Positions 14,201 through 27,447 are shown, counted from the first letter of the stretch. The stretch: DNA of 64,000 nt from Cycas panzhihuaensis (GCA_023213395.1 CM041465.1:167221741-167285740); one strand, 5' to 3'. Notes: generated by a model from the sequence alone, not told the origin. Numbers and translations are program-made.

Positions 14201-16313
14201 ATCTCATCAAAAGGTGATTAGGGTTGATGCTGATAAAATATTAGTCCTTACAAATTAGCCAACACCTAAAATCCTCACCTAATTATGTTCTTTCTTAGGA
14301 CTTACAGGGTTCTATTGGCACTTTATCTAAAATTATATAGCTCTAACAACCCCATTACCTAATTTGCTTTAAAAAGACTCTTCCCAATGATCACTCACTA
14401 TTAATAATGCCTTTAATTATCTTAAAGAAGTCATGTCTCCATCCTAATTTTAACCACACTAGACTTCTTTTAACCTTTCTAACTAGACTGTGACATATTA
14501 AGATTTAGCTTGGGCATGGTACTTATTTAAAACCTTCATCTAATTACGTTTGAAAGTTAAAAATATAAAGACTATGAATGTAGGTTGTCAACATACTAAA
14601 AGGAAAGGAATGCTATTCTTCACACCACTAAAAAATGGTGTTAATATCTCATCAACTCAAAATTCACTACCTTAATGGACCATCGTAGCCTTTGTCACCT
14701 ATTAAACTAACCAGTTTTATCAAAAGAATAGACCAAGTAGGTTGAGCACCTCCAAGTTTTTACTTTACAAACACTTATAAGAAAGGTTAAGACAATGTAG
14801 TGGTTAATTCCCTTTCTTGCCTTCCAACTGATCCTTCCATTATTCTTCCATTCATGCCATCTCTAGATCCTACCCAACATGGGTATAGGAACTAGCTTTA
14901 GGCAACTAGTCCTAACTAGATTATGTAAAATAGGTTGACAAAATTCATACTAAAAAAGAAATGGTCCATACTGAATAACTTCTTTTATATCAAAATCACA
15001 TGTTCATACACCTGGCCTCAAAATTTATTCCTCAAATCCTATCAGAACACCACTTCACTCATTTGGGAGGATATTCTAGATTTCATAAAACATATCATTG
15101 GATTCATTTTGACTTCTTTTAGATGCACATGAAATCATCCATTCATACATTTATTTTAGAATGTGTTAATGCTAGCACAATAAGGATGGCATTAAGACTC
15201 AATTGGATCTCTTACAATCTCTTTACATTCCACAAGAAAAGTGTCAAAATATTTCCATGGATTTCATTACGGGTCTATCACTATATGTTGGATATAACTC
15301 CATGTTAGTAGTCATTGATCACTTAACAAAATATACAAACTTTTTGCTAGTTCATACTTCATATGAAGCACCTTGCATCACAAATATTTACCTCCAAATA
15401 ATATTCTACTTATATGGATTTCAATTAACTATCATATATGATCAAGATCCCAAGTTCACTAATTTCTTTTAGCAAGAACCTTTCTTAGTATTAGGTACAT
15501 TGTTCAACATGAATTTTTCTTATTGCCCATAAATATATATCCAATCAGAACTTCTTAACAAAACACTAGAAACTTACTTATATTATTTTGTATCTAACCA
15601 CCAAGTAGGATGGTCATCATGGGTATCCCTTATACAATATTGGTACAATTCCTCCCATTATTCAGCCATAAGGATGTTTCCATTTATGGCCCTTTATGGT
15701 AACCCTCCACCATCCCACCATACTTTAGCCCTAACCTTCACATTATTGTACAACAAGAAAAGTTGTAATATGTTGACTAGATTATAAATACCCTAAAGTA
15801 AAATTTAGTTGCAACCTAGAATTAAATAAAGAAATTAGTAGACTACCATTGTTTAAATTGCTATTTTTCCATTGGTGATCTTGTATTCCTACACCTTCAA
15901 TCATATAAGTAATAATCTCTTAAGCATCATAAGAATCTCAAGCTCAGTCCTCACTACTATGGGCCTTATAAAGTTTTCCAACATATTGATGAAATGGCCT
16001 ATGCATTAGAACTCCCACCTAACACCAAGATTCATAATGTCTTCTATGTTTTTTGTCTCAAGAAATATCTTAGGAAGGGAATGACTCCCCAAATAGTTTT
16101 ACTAGTCTTGGATGAAGAATAAATTCTCTCCATTCCTCTAAAATGTATCTTAGCCAACAAAAAATATGCTCTTAAGAATAAGATAAATTGTGAGTATTTG
16201 GTGCATTAGGTTAACTGTGAACTTGATGAGGTTACTTGGGAATCAACTAACCTTGTTAAGTAGCATCCGCATCTCCTTCACTTTAGGGACTCAACATCTT
16301 AAGGAAAGGGACC

Positions 16314-16709
16314 TGTTACATGGCCACATGCTATTAGTGGAACTAGAGTACTAGCACATATGACCAAGGCACTAGGTGATTAAGTGTTAGTTGGTAACTT
16401 TTGTATACATACTGTTAAATCCACTAATGAAATAAAAGGTCATTTGGCTCACCAATAAGATTACATGGAAAAGACCCACTTTTGTCTATTTGAGGATCAT
16501 AGATTGTAGAAGAAGGTTGTTGTATAATTATATTCTCTTTAGAGATTTGTACTTTAGTACTTTGAATATTCTTTTGTGATGATTTGGTGTTCTTTGATAT
16601 ACTCCATTTATGTAATCAGTTTCCAATATTAATAAAGATGTTGCATTTCCTCTCTACTTTATATTATCATTTCTATGTGTGAGAAAATAATTAGAAAAGA
16701 CACATCACA
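16314..16709 (+). repeat. 3' LTR of chromovirus
   Basis: TGTTACA...ATCACA; colinear with 10034-10385. Confidence 0.85.
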
Positions 16710-17700
16710 TCTTCCTATACCTTTATATCTAAATGATTATAGAAAATTCACTCTTCATCACATTTGCTTCTCCTTTATTTTTCTTGATTCTCTACCCAAC
16801 GTTTTATTCTGTTTTTCATCATAGTAATGAACAACTAATCCCAAGAAAGTTTTACTATACCCTACTCTCTCAATTCTTTTCTATAGAATATAATATATCT
16901 TATGGATTTTGACTTTCATTAAATAATGGAAATGATGGTTCTAATTCACCACCAAATTATATTTTAAAATATGTTTGTAATAATGGCTATTTGTCCACTT
17001 TCTCTCCCATATATCACATGCTAATATAAGGTTGGTCTTTTAAGTATTAATGATTTTAGTATTTTCCATTTCTTCCTATCTCAAATGTGTAGATCCCTCT
17101 GAAACTTAATACAATATTTTATATGTTAAATGGATCTCTTTGTGAAATGACATTTGAAGAATTCTAGAGATTTCAGTATATTAGTATAAGTGATTTTATT
17201 TTCTATTTTTTGTATCTTTATTTTCTTCTCACTCTAGCTATGTTTTGTAGAATCCCTCTTTAGATTCTATAAATTCACTATTTTAGAGTTCCTTTCCATC
17301 ACTTAATTAATAATTTTCTTCCTTATATATTCTAAAACATTTAATATCACTCCCTTCATAGGCCCTTCAATCCATTTGGCCAACATAAGGGTAATGCTTA
17401 TGCTCCTCTCTTCCTTATCTAATTTAATATATCATGATTGAGGCCCTACATATTCTTCAATTTCTTTATTATCTCTTACTCCTTATTAGTGGCTTAAATC
17501 AAAATGAAAACTATCTCTAGCTTCCCTTAATATAGTCATAAGGTTGTTATTATCAATTTGTTCATATTTTAGCTTTATTGAGGCCATGCATGTTGGGTCC
17601 ATTGAGAATAATATAGTTCCATGGTCTAGTCCATAATCCCATGTAGAATGATAACACATTATCATAGAAGCATATACCTTTCATTGCAATAACATAGTTA
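16710..17700 (-). pseudogene. Possible decayed gypsy gag fragment
   Basis: Lys/Glu-rich minus-strand reading with a zinc-knuckle-like remnant near 16975-17020. Weak. Confidence 0.3.
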
Positions 17701-17762
17701 CATACTACAGGGTTCTCATATCGCCCCAAGGAACCCCTTATTAATCAAGAGACTAGCATGTA

Positions 17763-17777
17763 TGTGTGTGTGTGTGT

Positions 17778-17866
<89 letters not shown>
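17763..17866. repeat. (TG)n(TATATC)n(TA)n microsatellite
   Basis: Seen directly. Confidence 0.95.
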
Positions 17867-17867
<1 letters not shown>

Positions 17868-17899
17868 CTATGATAACCAGAGAATTATATAACTAATTA

Positions 17900-19895
17900 A
17901 CTAACTTCTAATTCTATGGTGGACATAAAGGTTCTATAGTTCACTTATAATTACTGTGTAAGATCTATGATACCTACCAATTCTCAAAATACAAAACTAA
18001 GGCTTGATATATTTTTGGCCTCCTCAAAAGAATGCAAAGCATGTAGTTCATAATTTTTTAAAAAGAAACAAAAGAAAGATAAATATTTGAAATAATATGA
18101 ATTATTTTCCTTCCTTCCCCACCCCCAAACACTTGTGGAAATTGAGTGTTTATGATATATTACATTTCATATACATTCTCTGAAAGAAACTAAGATGGAC
18201 TTTATAGTCATTATGCCTAAATTAATGATATTTATACACATTTCATTAAAGTGGCCTACATCACTATCAAGGGGCACTATGTTACTATTTTCTATGGCAT
18301 ATCTTGTAAGATGTCTAGTTCCCATACTAATTCTATGGTTATATCTCACTCAACCTTCTCTAGAGAATTGGGTTGAGTCTCTTCTCTCCCTAAAGAATTA
18401 GGTCAAGTTGCCTCCCCCACACTAAATTTGGTATGCCAGCCTAAAAGCATAGTGACTCAAAGCTCCTGATCTTTATAATACTTTAATTTTATTTAAACCT
18501 CTTCCAGTGTTACTATATTCTAGGTAAGTTACATCCTTAAATATTGAATTTAGTCCTCTTATGCTATAACCTACATCTAAATCTCCTTTGAGACCTATTG
18601 ATTAACTTTACTGGCATTCTCTTAGATTTTAGCCACTATAGTAAATGCTTTGAGATGGTCTATTTTAATTATAAAGCCACTTAAGAATTTTTATCAAGAT
18701 TATGATTTAGTTACTGAGTCTCCTTAAGTTAAGAGAGAAGAGAAAAACTACATCAATTAATTAACAACATTACCACTAGTTCAGAATTGATTTAGGTCAT
18801 CCTCACATTTATGATTTACTCTAGATTGAATGATAATGGATAGTATATTGATAGGTGACCATTATATACTCTCTTGGATTGGTATTTGTTGTAACTTTTA
18901 TAGGATTATAATTTCTACTTTTGGGTCAATGTGCTTATTAGGTTGCTAATAAGGAGTAATATGTGATAGAAACCTATTCACTAGCTCCTTAACAACTATG
19001 TGAAAAGTGGCCAAACCACTCTATGATAATTTTACCTCATGTTTCTAGCTAAACCATTATAGAATTTATGGATCAGTGTCATCAAATACTTTCCTATATA
19101 GGTTTTGTGGTATAAACTCATCTAGCACCAAGACCATCAATGGTGTGAGATAATAGAATGATGTCTTCCTAAGGTGGATAGCTTTTGTAATCTATTGAAT
19201 AATGGAAGTTTCTATAAAAAGGATCCCATCTATAAACTACACCCTGTAAGAGCTAAGATGCAATTCAAACCATATGAAAATGAATTTAAGCTACATCACT
19301 ACTACCCATAGATTGTTAATGAGAAATTTAGATACAATCTTTAAATCATGGTCCTTGAGTTTCTCAATTACAATTCCATGATTATTATAATATTTACTAG
19401 GATAATCTAAGCAAAATTTCCTTACCAAATCTTCTCATATTATCTTATCCACTAAATGTTACTCCTTTTTTAATGGTATTAGTTTACCATTCAATGATAA
19501 GCCAAACAAATGGGTAAGATTAGAAACTTTGATCCCTAGAATATCATCGTTGTGGACCAATACTCTTTCCTCATCATCATAACTATTCAACATTCTCTCA
19601 TTTTAAGCTCAACATTTTAAGAGCTTCCATATTAATAGCTACTACAAAGTCAATTATAATTCATAAGATATCAAACTAATTTTTAAAAGTTTGCTACTTA
19701 TAACTAATCTTGTGTGTGCTTCATTTGACTCAAATAATAGGAAAAAGTTAAAAATAATTTATTTTTAAATCCCTAACCTCCTTTATTGAGCTTGCATCCT
19801 CTTGCATGATAGTAAAAGGTTGAAGAAAGTTTCATAATTCTATCTCTTTTAATGAACCATAAAGATGTAGCTTTTTTTATGACATTATCTTAGAC

Positions 19896-19935
<40 letters not shown>

Positions 19936-22930
19936 CCACTACATTTGAGATGTTATTCATTATTACCTTGAGAATATAATGTAATTTTTGTGGAAATTCC
20001 ACAATAATTTTGCCCCTATGGTATATTATATTGCATTCCATTCATATTCTATAGTACCTGATAATGCAATCAAACATCAACATTTTATAACAATAATATA
20101 ACTTCATTATTTAATTAATAACAAACTTTAATAATCAACAACATCACTTACCTACTAAAGCTACCACAAATCCTCAACCTATCCATGCTTATAACACCAT
20201 AATCAACTATCATTAATAGGTACTAATAATAGCTTCCCTCCTAGTTCCTTTAGAAAGATTGCCCCATTGTCCATGACTTTATCCATAATAAAAGGACCTT
20301 ATAAATGTAGTTTCACATTGCTCCTTCCAATAGAACTCATGACCTTTCTTAAATAATTTCTCTAAGGGTGCTTTAATTTTAGTATAGACATGCACAAATT
20401 TATGATAATACCTTATATTGCTAAGAAACACTTTGATATCAACTGCAAAGGTGGGTGTTGGTATATCTAAAATCACCTTCACTTTTAGAAGGTCTATCCA
20501 CAACCCTTTTCTCTAGACTACATGCCTTAATAATTGGCCAAAGGGCACCATAAAAATACACTTCTTTGGGTCTAAACAAAGTCCCAATTTGTGATAGGTT
20601 TTAAAAATCTCCTAAAGATGATCCAAAGGATTTTTCAATAAACTATAGATGGATTAGTCATCAAAGAATATCGCCATGTGTTCTTTGAGGTAGTCCTATA
20701 AAAATTTCACCAGGGTTCTTTGAAATATAGTTGGGGCATTACAAAAGCCAAAAAACATAACATGATATGTGTACATCCCTTATTTTATGAGAAAAGTTAT
20801 CTTTTCTTAATCGTCTTCTATAATGAAAACCTAGTTAAGCCCACTTAATCTATTATTAAAGGGATAATATTCTGCTTCTATAACTTACTCTAATACTTCA
20901 TTAATAAAATAAATTGAGAAAGGTTATGGCTTAGTCACTATGTTCAATTTATAATAATCAATATAGAGGCGTAGTTTTCCATTTCTCTTGGAAACTAAAA
21001 CCACATGACTTTTTTATTCATTATTTTCAATTATGTAAACAAAGTTTACATCTATCAATTTATCCAATTCCTTATTCACCAACTCTTTATACCCAAAATT
21101 CATGTGGTATAGTCTCTATTTGAGTAGTTGCACTCCATCTACTAATAGGATGTAGTGCTGACCAAATTAAAGGGGTATCCACTTCAAATTCTTGTAATTC
21201 CAAGTAAATATATCCTTGAATTCTAAGAATAAGGATGTGGCCTTCCCCACCATTTCCATATCCTGGTAATTTCCAAGTGTTCATTATTATGTCTTTTCCT
21301 TAGAATCCACATTAATCTTCATCATTCATGGTGGTGCCACATACTTTTCACTAGGAACATTGTCCAATACTATGCCTATTTTATAAGTTGAATCTACGTG
21401 TATATTAACCTCTTTCCATACTCCATTATAATGTATGCCAGTGGGAATTTTTTTTCCATTCTTCCATGACATTCACTATTCTAGTGGTATCCATCCTAGC
21501 TAGTCACCTACTGGTTTTATCCACTTATTGCTAAAATATCATTTTTACATCTAATAATTCTTCCAACCCTATGATGTATCATTTGCAAGTTGATATAGGA
21601 CTAGGTATTTGCACCACCCTACCCATTGCCCGTGAATCATAAAAATATCATTCTACTTACATGTGGACATAAGATTAATAGGCCCCTATCTCAAAATTTT
21701 CTTCTTCATCCTAAAAGTCTATGCATTTTTCTAGTTTACTATGTCTATTAGTATTACCCACTAGTTAACTCATTAACTCAAAATAGCCCATTTGCTAGTT
21801 ATACAACTCCCTATTTGAGTCCACGTCTAAATTCTTTTTTAGATATAATTCTCCTCCTAAGGTAAGTTTTATAATATCATCTTCCACTACTACACACTAA
21901 TAACTATATTTAGAAGAATAATTGTTACTTTCTTTCACTTCGAAATTAGATGTGATGTCTTACATCTCTACTCTCATAGGAGGTTCATTTGGGAAGAAGG
22001 GTAACTTTGTCTTATTTCTATTCTTTCTTAAAATAAACTTATACTTCAACTAGTCTGTAAGTACACCAATCATATAATGCCATACTTAGCCTACTAAAGT
22101 GGGATATGATTTTCTCCCCTCCTTCATCTTGATTACTTTAAAATCTAAAGAGGCCATACCTCCCTCTACATTGATTTGGATATTTCAAGTTACATTAATG
22201 GGAAAAATTCTAATATTATCTCCTATAATAATGGTTAATGCCAAACCATTGAGTTTTAATTGCCATATCCTTTCCAAGTTTTGTATGAAAGGATATTTAT
22301 AATTATTCCTCCATTTATAATAGTTCCTGGTGTCTTGAGTCTCCAAAACTTTATCTAGATTCTAGGATCATCATCTTTAATTTTGCTCATATATTACACT
22401 TACAATTTCTTTGGCTAGCCATGCACTCCTCTTTAAAGGAATGTTAATTTTCCCCTTAAGGGAAGTCCCTTGTAGAGATATAGATTTTACATCCTTCACA
22501 AGTATTGATTCAAGTTGCTACTATGGTTTCTCTTCTTGTGGCTCTATATATAATGTTAATATTTTATAACCACCCATTACATCTCTCTACAACCACTAAA
22601 ATGGTACTATCAATCCTTCAACAGTAGGGGTCCACATCAAATATAACTCAAAAGGCTAGTTGATTTTCTATAAAATCTAAGTCATTATAATGTTCTTCTC
22701 CTGCATGACATATGGATATTATTATCTCTCCTTCATGAGGTAAATAGCCTTTACATCATATAAAGCCTAAGGCTCTCCAACCACTCCATTCTCATGCCAC
22801 CATATTACCACTTCTCTTATTTTTGAAAGATGAGATACCATTACGCCCATTTCTTGAACTTACCAATTCTTTATTACTTGTTCATCTTGTAAAATATGAA
22901 TAACTTTTAATAACCCATTCTTCTCTTTTA
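17900..22930 (-). pseudogene. Decayed non-chromovirus Ty3/gypsy pol
   Basis: RT: PKKCIFMVPFGQLL, WIDLLKVKVILDIPTP, APLEKLFKK (about 20280-21100). Integrase-like remnant near 18900. No LTRs recognised. Confidence 0.75.
19899..19932. repeat. (TA)n microsatellite
   Basis: Seen directly. Confidence 0.95.
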
Positions 22931-24829
22931 CAACTCCCTCTTACCTACCAGGATTGTGCACCTCAATTTAGACATGTGATGCTCAACATGTCAAGGTAAG
23001 TTAAGGTAAGTTGAGTTAATTTCATTTGAGTTAAGTTAGTATTATTTTATTATTAATTTGAATTCAGGGGTTGAGGAGTTTCCCTCCTCCCCCAAACTAT
23101 AAATGTTAAGGGGTGTACAACCCTGGTGTCTTTAGACACCACCTACTTTTGAGGAAGATTTGGAATACTCATGCTGCTACAATGGATTGAACAATAAGGC
23201 TCTCATGTGTTATGCTATTGTAATTGGTGATACACTGCTGTATTGATGCAATACTAGTTTGTACTTATTTGATATATGTTCTAACCTGTTAGTTTGCAAG
23301 CATATTTTCTATCACTTTGTATTAGAGCATTGTGGCTCCATATTATTTCCATCATTTGGTATCAGAGCTCAGTTTGGCTCATAGTTCTGCAAGTATATTT
23401 TCCTTCATTTGGTATCAGAGCAGGCGATTACTGACACCTTGATGTTTTGAAGAAGAACAACAGGATCTGCTGGCACTCTACAACAGTTTTTTTTACAAGC
23501 AATATATATTAACTAGATTTATTTTCTGAAAATTTTAGCAAGTTCTATATATTATTTCAGCATTTTTGACTATTATTGAGCTATATTTCTGGTTCAACAA
23601 ATATTACTGAGATCTATTTTCAGATTTGTGCAGATCTACAAAGGATTTTTCAGCAGCAAGCTATATACTTTCAAGTTTTATTCTCATATTTGAGTTATTT
23701 TCTGTTCAGATCTACAGATTTATCATATATTTTCGATTTACAAGTTTTTTATCTACTTATTTGTTATTTTTGCATTTTTAAAAGAGCATCGGCCCATACA
23801 AAAGTTATCAAGTTTTTCGAGATCTACAATTTATTACTTTAGATCTGCTATTTTTTTATTTCAATAAGTTTTCAATATTTTCTGTTATATTTGTTTATAT
23901 CTGTGATATTTTTTTTGCCATAGATCTGCTATACTAAGGCCAGATCTACAACATTTACATAATATTTTTTGCAGATCTACTGGGTCTCACTGCAGATCTG
24001 AGATTTTCTTCAAAGATCTGCAACTTATTACTTCAGATCTGCTAATTTCTATTATAAATCTGCTTATTGTATTAGTTTTTTCAGCATTTTATGCTATATT
24101 TAGCTCAGATCTACGTATTTTCATTATATTTCTGACTATATTTTTCAAGATTGTTACAGATCTATAGTTTTTTGGGCATATTTAGCCGCATGCAGAAGCA
24201 ATCTTGGAGAATGCACTTGGAAATTTGAAGAAGCCTGTTACAAATACGTTTTAGTTGCTCAACCGTCCGACGGAACATAGCTATATGACTGCTCGTTGAG
24301 ATTCTGACGAGCTCACCGATCTGCTGGAGAAGACGGATCTGGATTCCATCCACTGTGGAGGAAGATCTCCCGCTCAGAAGTTTGCTCTCCATACGGAACC
24401 AGGTTCTTCGTTTCCGTTTGTTTTATATTTTCAACATATAAATAAATATTTTGATATATGCTCTTTGATTTTCATCTTTGGATTATTTGCTGTCCTTAGA
24501 TCTATTGTTTGATTTTCATATATTTAACTCTGCCATTATATTATTCATTGCTTCCGTTTATCATATTTGTCTCTATTGTCTCTCCGTTGTTATTGGCCTA
24601 TGCTCCGGCCTCTGTGCCGCACACACCTGTTTCCATCTACTGTCTGAGCTCAATCCTCTGTATACTGTTATTGGCTCGTACTTTATACCTGTTATCCCTG
24701 TGCATTCTCACATTCGTCGCATATTCTGTTCCCGTTGATCACCATTGCGCATCCGGCATCTGCCCTTTGACATTCGTTCTACTTCATTGATTGCGTCCCG
24801 CTCCAGCTTTGCCTGTCCTCATTCCCGTT

Positions 24830-25210
24830 CGACTCTCTCGTCTGGAATCTCTGTATCTGTGTCTGCGTTTCCGTTTTGCGGGAGCGTCCCGTCGCCTACC
24901 ATCCGTCTCTCGTCTGGGATCTCTGTATCTGCGTTTCCGTTTTGCGGGAGCGTCCCGTCGCAGACGTTTCCGTTTCTGCGTTTCTGTTTTGCGGGAGCGT
25001 CCCATCGCAGACGTTTCCGTTTTGCGGGGTTCGTCGCCGTCCCTTCTCCGTGCGCCGTCAGCGCGCTGCCTCGCCCTCGACCGCTCTCCCGTGGTTGCCT
25101 CGGACTCTGCGCTGCGTTTCCGTTTTGCAGGGTTCGCCGCTGTCCCTTCTCCGTACGCCATCGGCGCGCTGCCTCAACCGCTCTCCCGTAGTTGCCTCGG
25201 CCTCTGCGCC
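24830..25210. repeat. CpG-rich tandem repeats inside the young element
   Basis: GTTTC(C/T)GTTTTGC recurs 5 times, three of them followed by GGGAGCGTCCC; ~100-bp duplication within 25013-25210. Confidence 0.85.
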
Positions 25211-26682
25211 TCTTTCTGGACGCGTCGCCCTTCTCCGTCTCTTCTGTTTACGCTGCGTCGCTCTCCCGTATTGGTCTCTGCGTCGCCCGCGCTTTCGATC
25301 TTCATTGGCCTTTGCGCCTCTTTCTGTGCATTTGCACATTGCATGCGTTGTATATTTATTGAAACGCTTTACATTTATGTATTTTGGGAGGCTTTGTTTC
25401 TTGTACATTTATTGGCTGCGTTATTATTTGGCTGAGTCTATATTGAGTCATTATTTCACTTTATAAAAGTTAATTAAATAATTCTTTGTAAATCTTTTAT
25501 TTCTGTGCTTTTTCCCTTGACGAGCGAGTTCACCCTCCTGGCATCGGAGGTTTCCATTATCTGACTGGTCTTGGGTTCAATCCCAGCCCAGTTCAGTTTC
25601 AGACTGTTTTTTAAAAGAAGTTTTTTCAATTTTAAACCTTATTTTTTTTAAATTTTATTTTTCCATAAGGTTATTGGCGCATTTTTGGCCATAACTTCCC
25701 CCTGGCTCATCGGTTTCAGACGAAACCTGTGCCATCAGATCAGAAATTTTTCGTAGATAAATTTTGACTGGTCATAAGACCGATTTGGTGCACATTTTAC
25801 CTCGTTTCACCCCTTTTAACATTGGACTTTCGAAATTTCAGCAGTTTTTACATTTTTGATAAAATCGGTTTTAGAACTGGCTGCTATTTATTGTTGGTAA
25901 ACTGTTTTGTATCCGAATTTTTTCTATTCTGATCTACGTCATATAGACTCTAATATCCATCTTTTACTTTAATTTTTTGACTTCATTTTTACTAATATTT
26001 TAATCGTTAAAATAAGAAAATTAGTTGTTTTTCCCTGTTTCTTAAACATTCTCCATAAAGATACTTGTCACTTTTTTCACTATAACTTTTGCAATTTTTA
26101 TCAGATTTCATTTCCGTCACCGTTGGGAAGCTGACTCATTCCTCTTCACTGTGATATATTTTTTCATATATTTTGACACATTTTGCTTATATTTCAAATC
26201 AGCTAAAGTTGAGTCATTTTATTGGCCTAAATCGCTTTTTTACACTGCTTAATATATTCTTTCAAAATTTTCAATTGGCCGAATATTAATTACTTCATCA
26301 ATAATATTTAATCATTTTTTCAACTTTTCTAAGGATTAATTAATACTTTTATACAATTTTTGCCTACCTTGCTCCTATTAGGCTCCATAAGGAGGTCCTT
26401 TTCTTAGCATCATTCAAAACGTGACTTATTGGTATCATTTTTCAAAACCGTCTGTCTTATTGGATTCACATTTCAGCAATCTACATATTGATAAAATTTT
26501 AAGCTATTCTGACCTCTTTCAATATCGTTTTCAATCTGTTAAAGTTGAGTATATATATTCATCCTAACAAGCTTGTCTTCCTTTCAAAATTTTAAAGAAA
26601 ATTCTAGTTTATATCTCATTGTTTATTCAAGTTTTCTACTTGATCTTATTATCATTTTCTTATTGATTAAATTACTTTTAAA

Positions 26683-27447
26683 ATGGCGCAATTCCCCATT
26701 TTCAATGGCCATAACTATTCACTATGGTATGATACTATGCACACTTATTTTATTGAACGTGATCTTTTGAAGTATTTACAACATGAATTTGACCTTAGCA
26801 TTAAAGAAAACTTTAGAAAAGATAATGAAATTTTAGGTTTATTATTTTGCACTATTACTGATGATATTTTTTCACTAGTTTCTGAACTGACAACATCTAA
26901 GCCTGTTTGGGATTTATTGATTTCTACTTATGGGGGAGATATCCCTACTGTATTTGATGAAACTTTTGATGAGCATGTGAGACAGGTGACAGAACAGGTA
27001 GATCATGACGGCAACACCAATGAAGATTCAGATCAAATGCAGGACCACCTTGTTGCACAAGGATTTGATCCTCCATTTGAGGGGGAGCATCATGAAGACG
27101 AATCTTATGACATAGCGAAGAATGAACCTGGTGATATGACAACTGTTCGAAGCATAAAGAGTATAAAAGTTCAAGTCCAAATTACAGCTACTCATCTACT
27201 TTTGCATCAAGTTTCATCTACCTATAGTCTTCCTACATCATTCTATAATCAAGAGATATATGTGACTATAAGGGTGAGAAGCATTGACAAAGATCAAGTT
27301 TGGCATTTCAAAGTTTCTTTCAAGTACCAGTTCCACAAGTTCAAGGAAAAGATACAAGTATTCGTGCTGACATTAAGGGGGAGAATGTTGGGTGTAATGT
27401 CATCACTCAACTCCCTCTTACCTACGAGATTGTGCACCTCAATTTAG
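26683..27447 (+). CDS. Copia gag N-terminal domain fused to pol remnants, 254 aa, uninterrupted
   Basis: FPIFNGHNYSLW...KDNEILGLLFCTITDDIFSLV...SKPVWDLLISTY is copia gag. LVAQGF, MTTVRSI and QFHKFKEKIQV..LRGR resemble RT and RNase H end fragments. Reads through the PPT into the LTR. Confidence 0.75.
   Translation: MAQFPIFNGHNYSLWYDTMHTYFIERDLLKYLQHEFDLSIKENFRKDNEILGLLFCTITDDIFSLVSELTTSKPVWDLLISTYGGDIPTVFDETFDEHVRQVTEQVDHDGNTNEDSDQMQDHLVAQGFDPPFEGEHHEDESYDIAKNEPGDMTTVRSIKSIKVQVQITATHLLLHQVSSTYSLPTSFYNQEIYVTIRVRSIDKDQVWHFKVSFKYQFHKFKEKIQVFVLTLRGRMLGVMSSLNSLLPTRLCTSI

Larger units (their letters stand above)
10034..16709 (+). mobile_element. Ty3/gypsy chromovirus (Reina-like), near complete but decayed
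   Basis: 5' LTR remnant 10034-10385 matches 3' LTR 16314-16709. PBS TGGTATCAAAGCC at 10388. PPT AAGGAAAGGGACC 16301-16313. Protease ILIDSS; RT FFDDMLIYS near 14050; RNase H; integrase ISMDFITGL; chromodomain EYLVH..EVTWE near 16190-16245. Confidence 0.9.

Noticed and set aside
24478-25466. Overlapping 86-214 aa ORFs on both strands, including an Arg/Lys-rich NLS-like one
   Set aside because: Expected by-product of GC-rich tandem repeats lacking stop codons; no recognisable domain.
25515-25600. Functional tRNA gene
   Set aside because: No acceptor, D or anticodon stems could be built; only a B-box-like hairpin is present.
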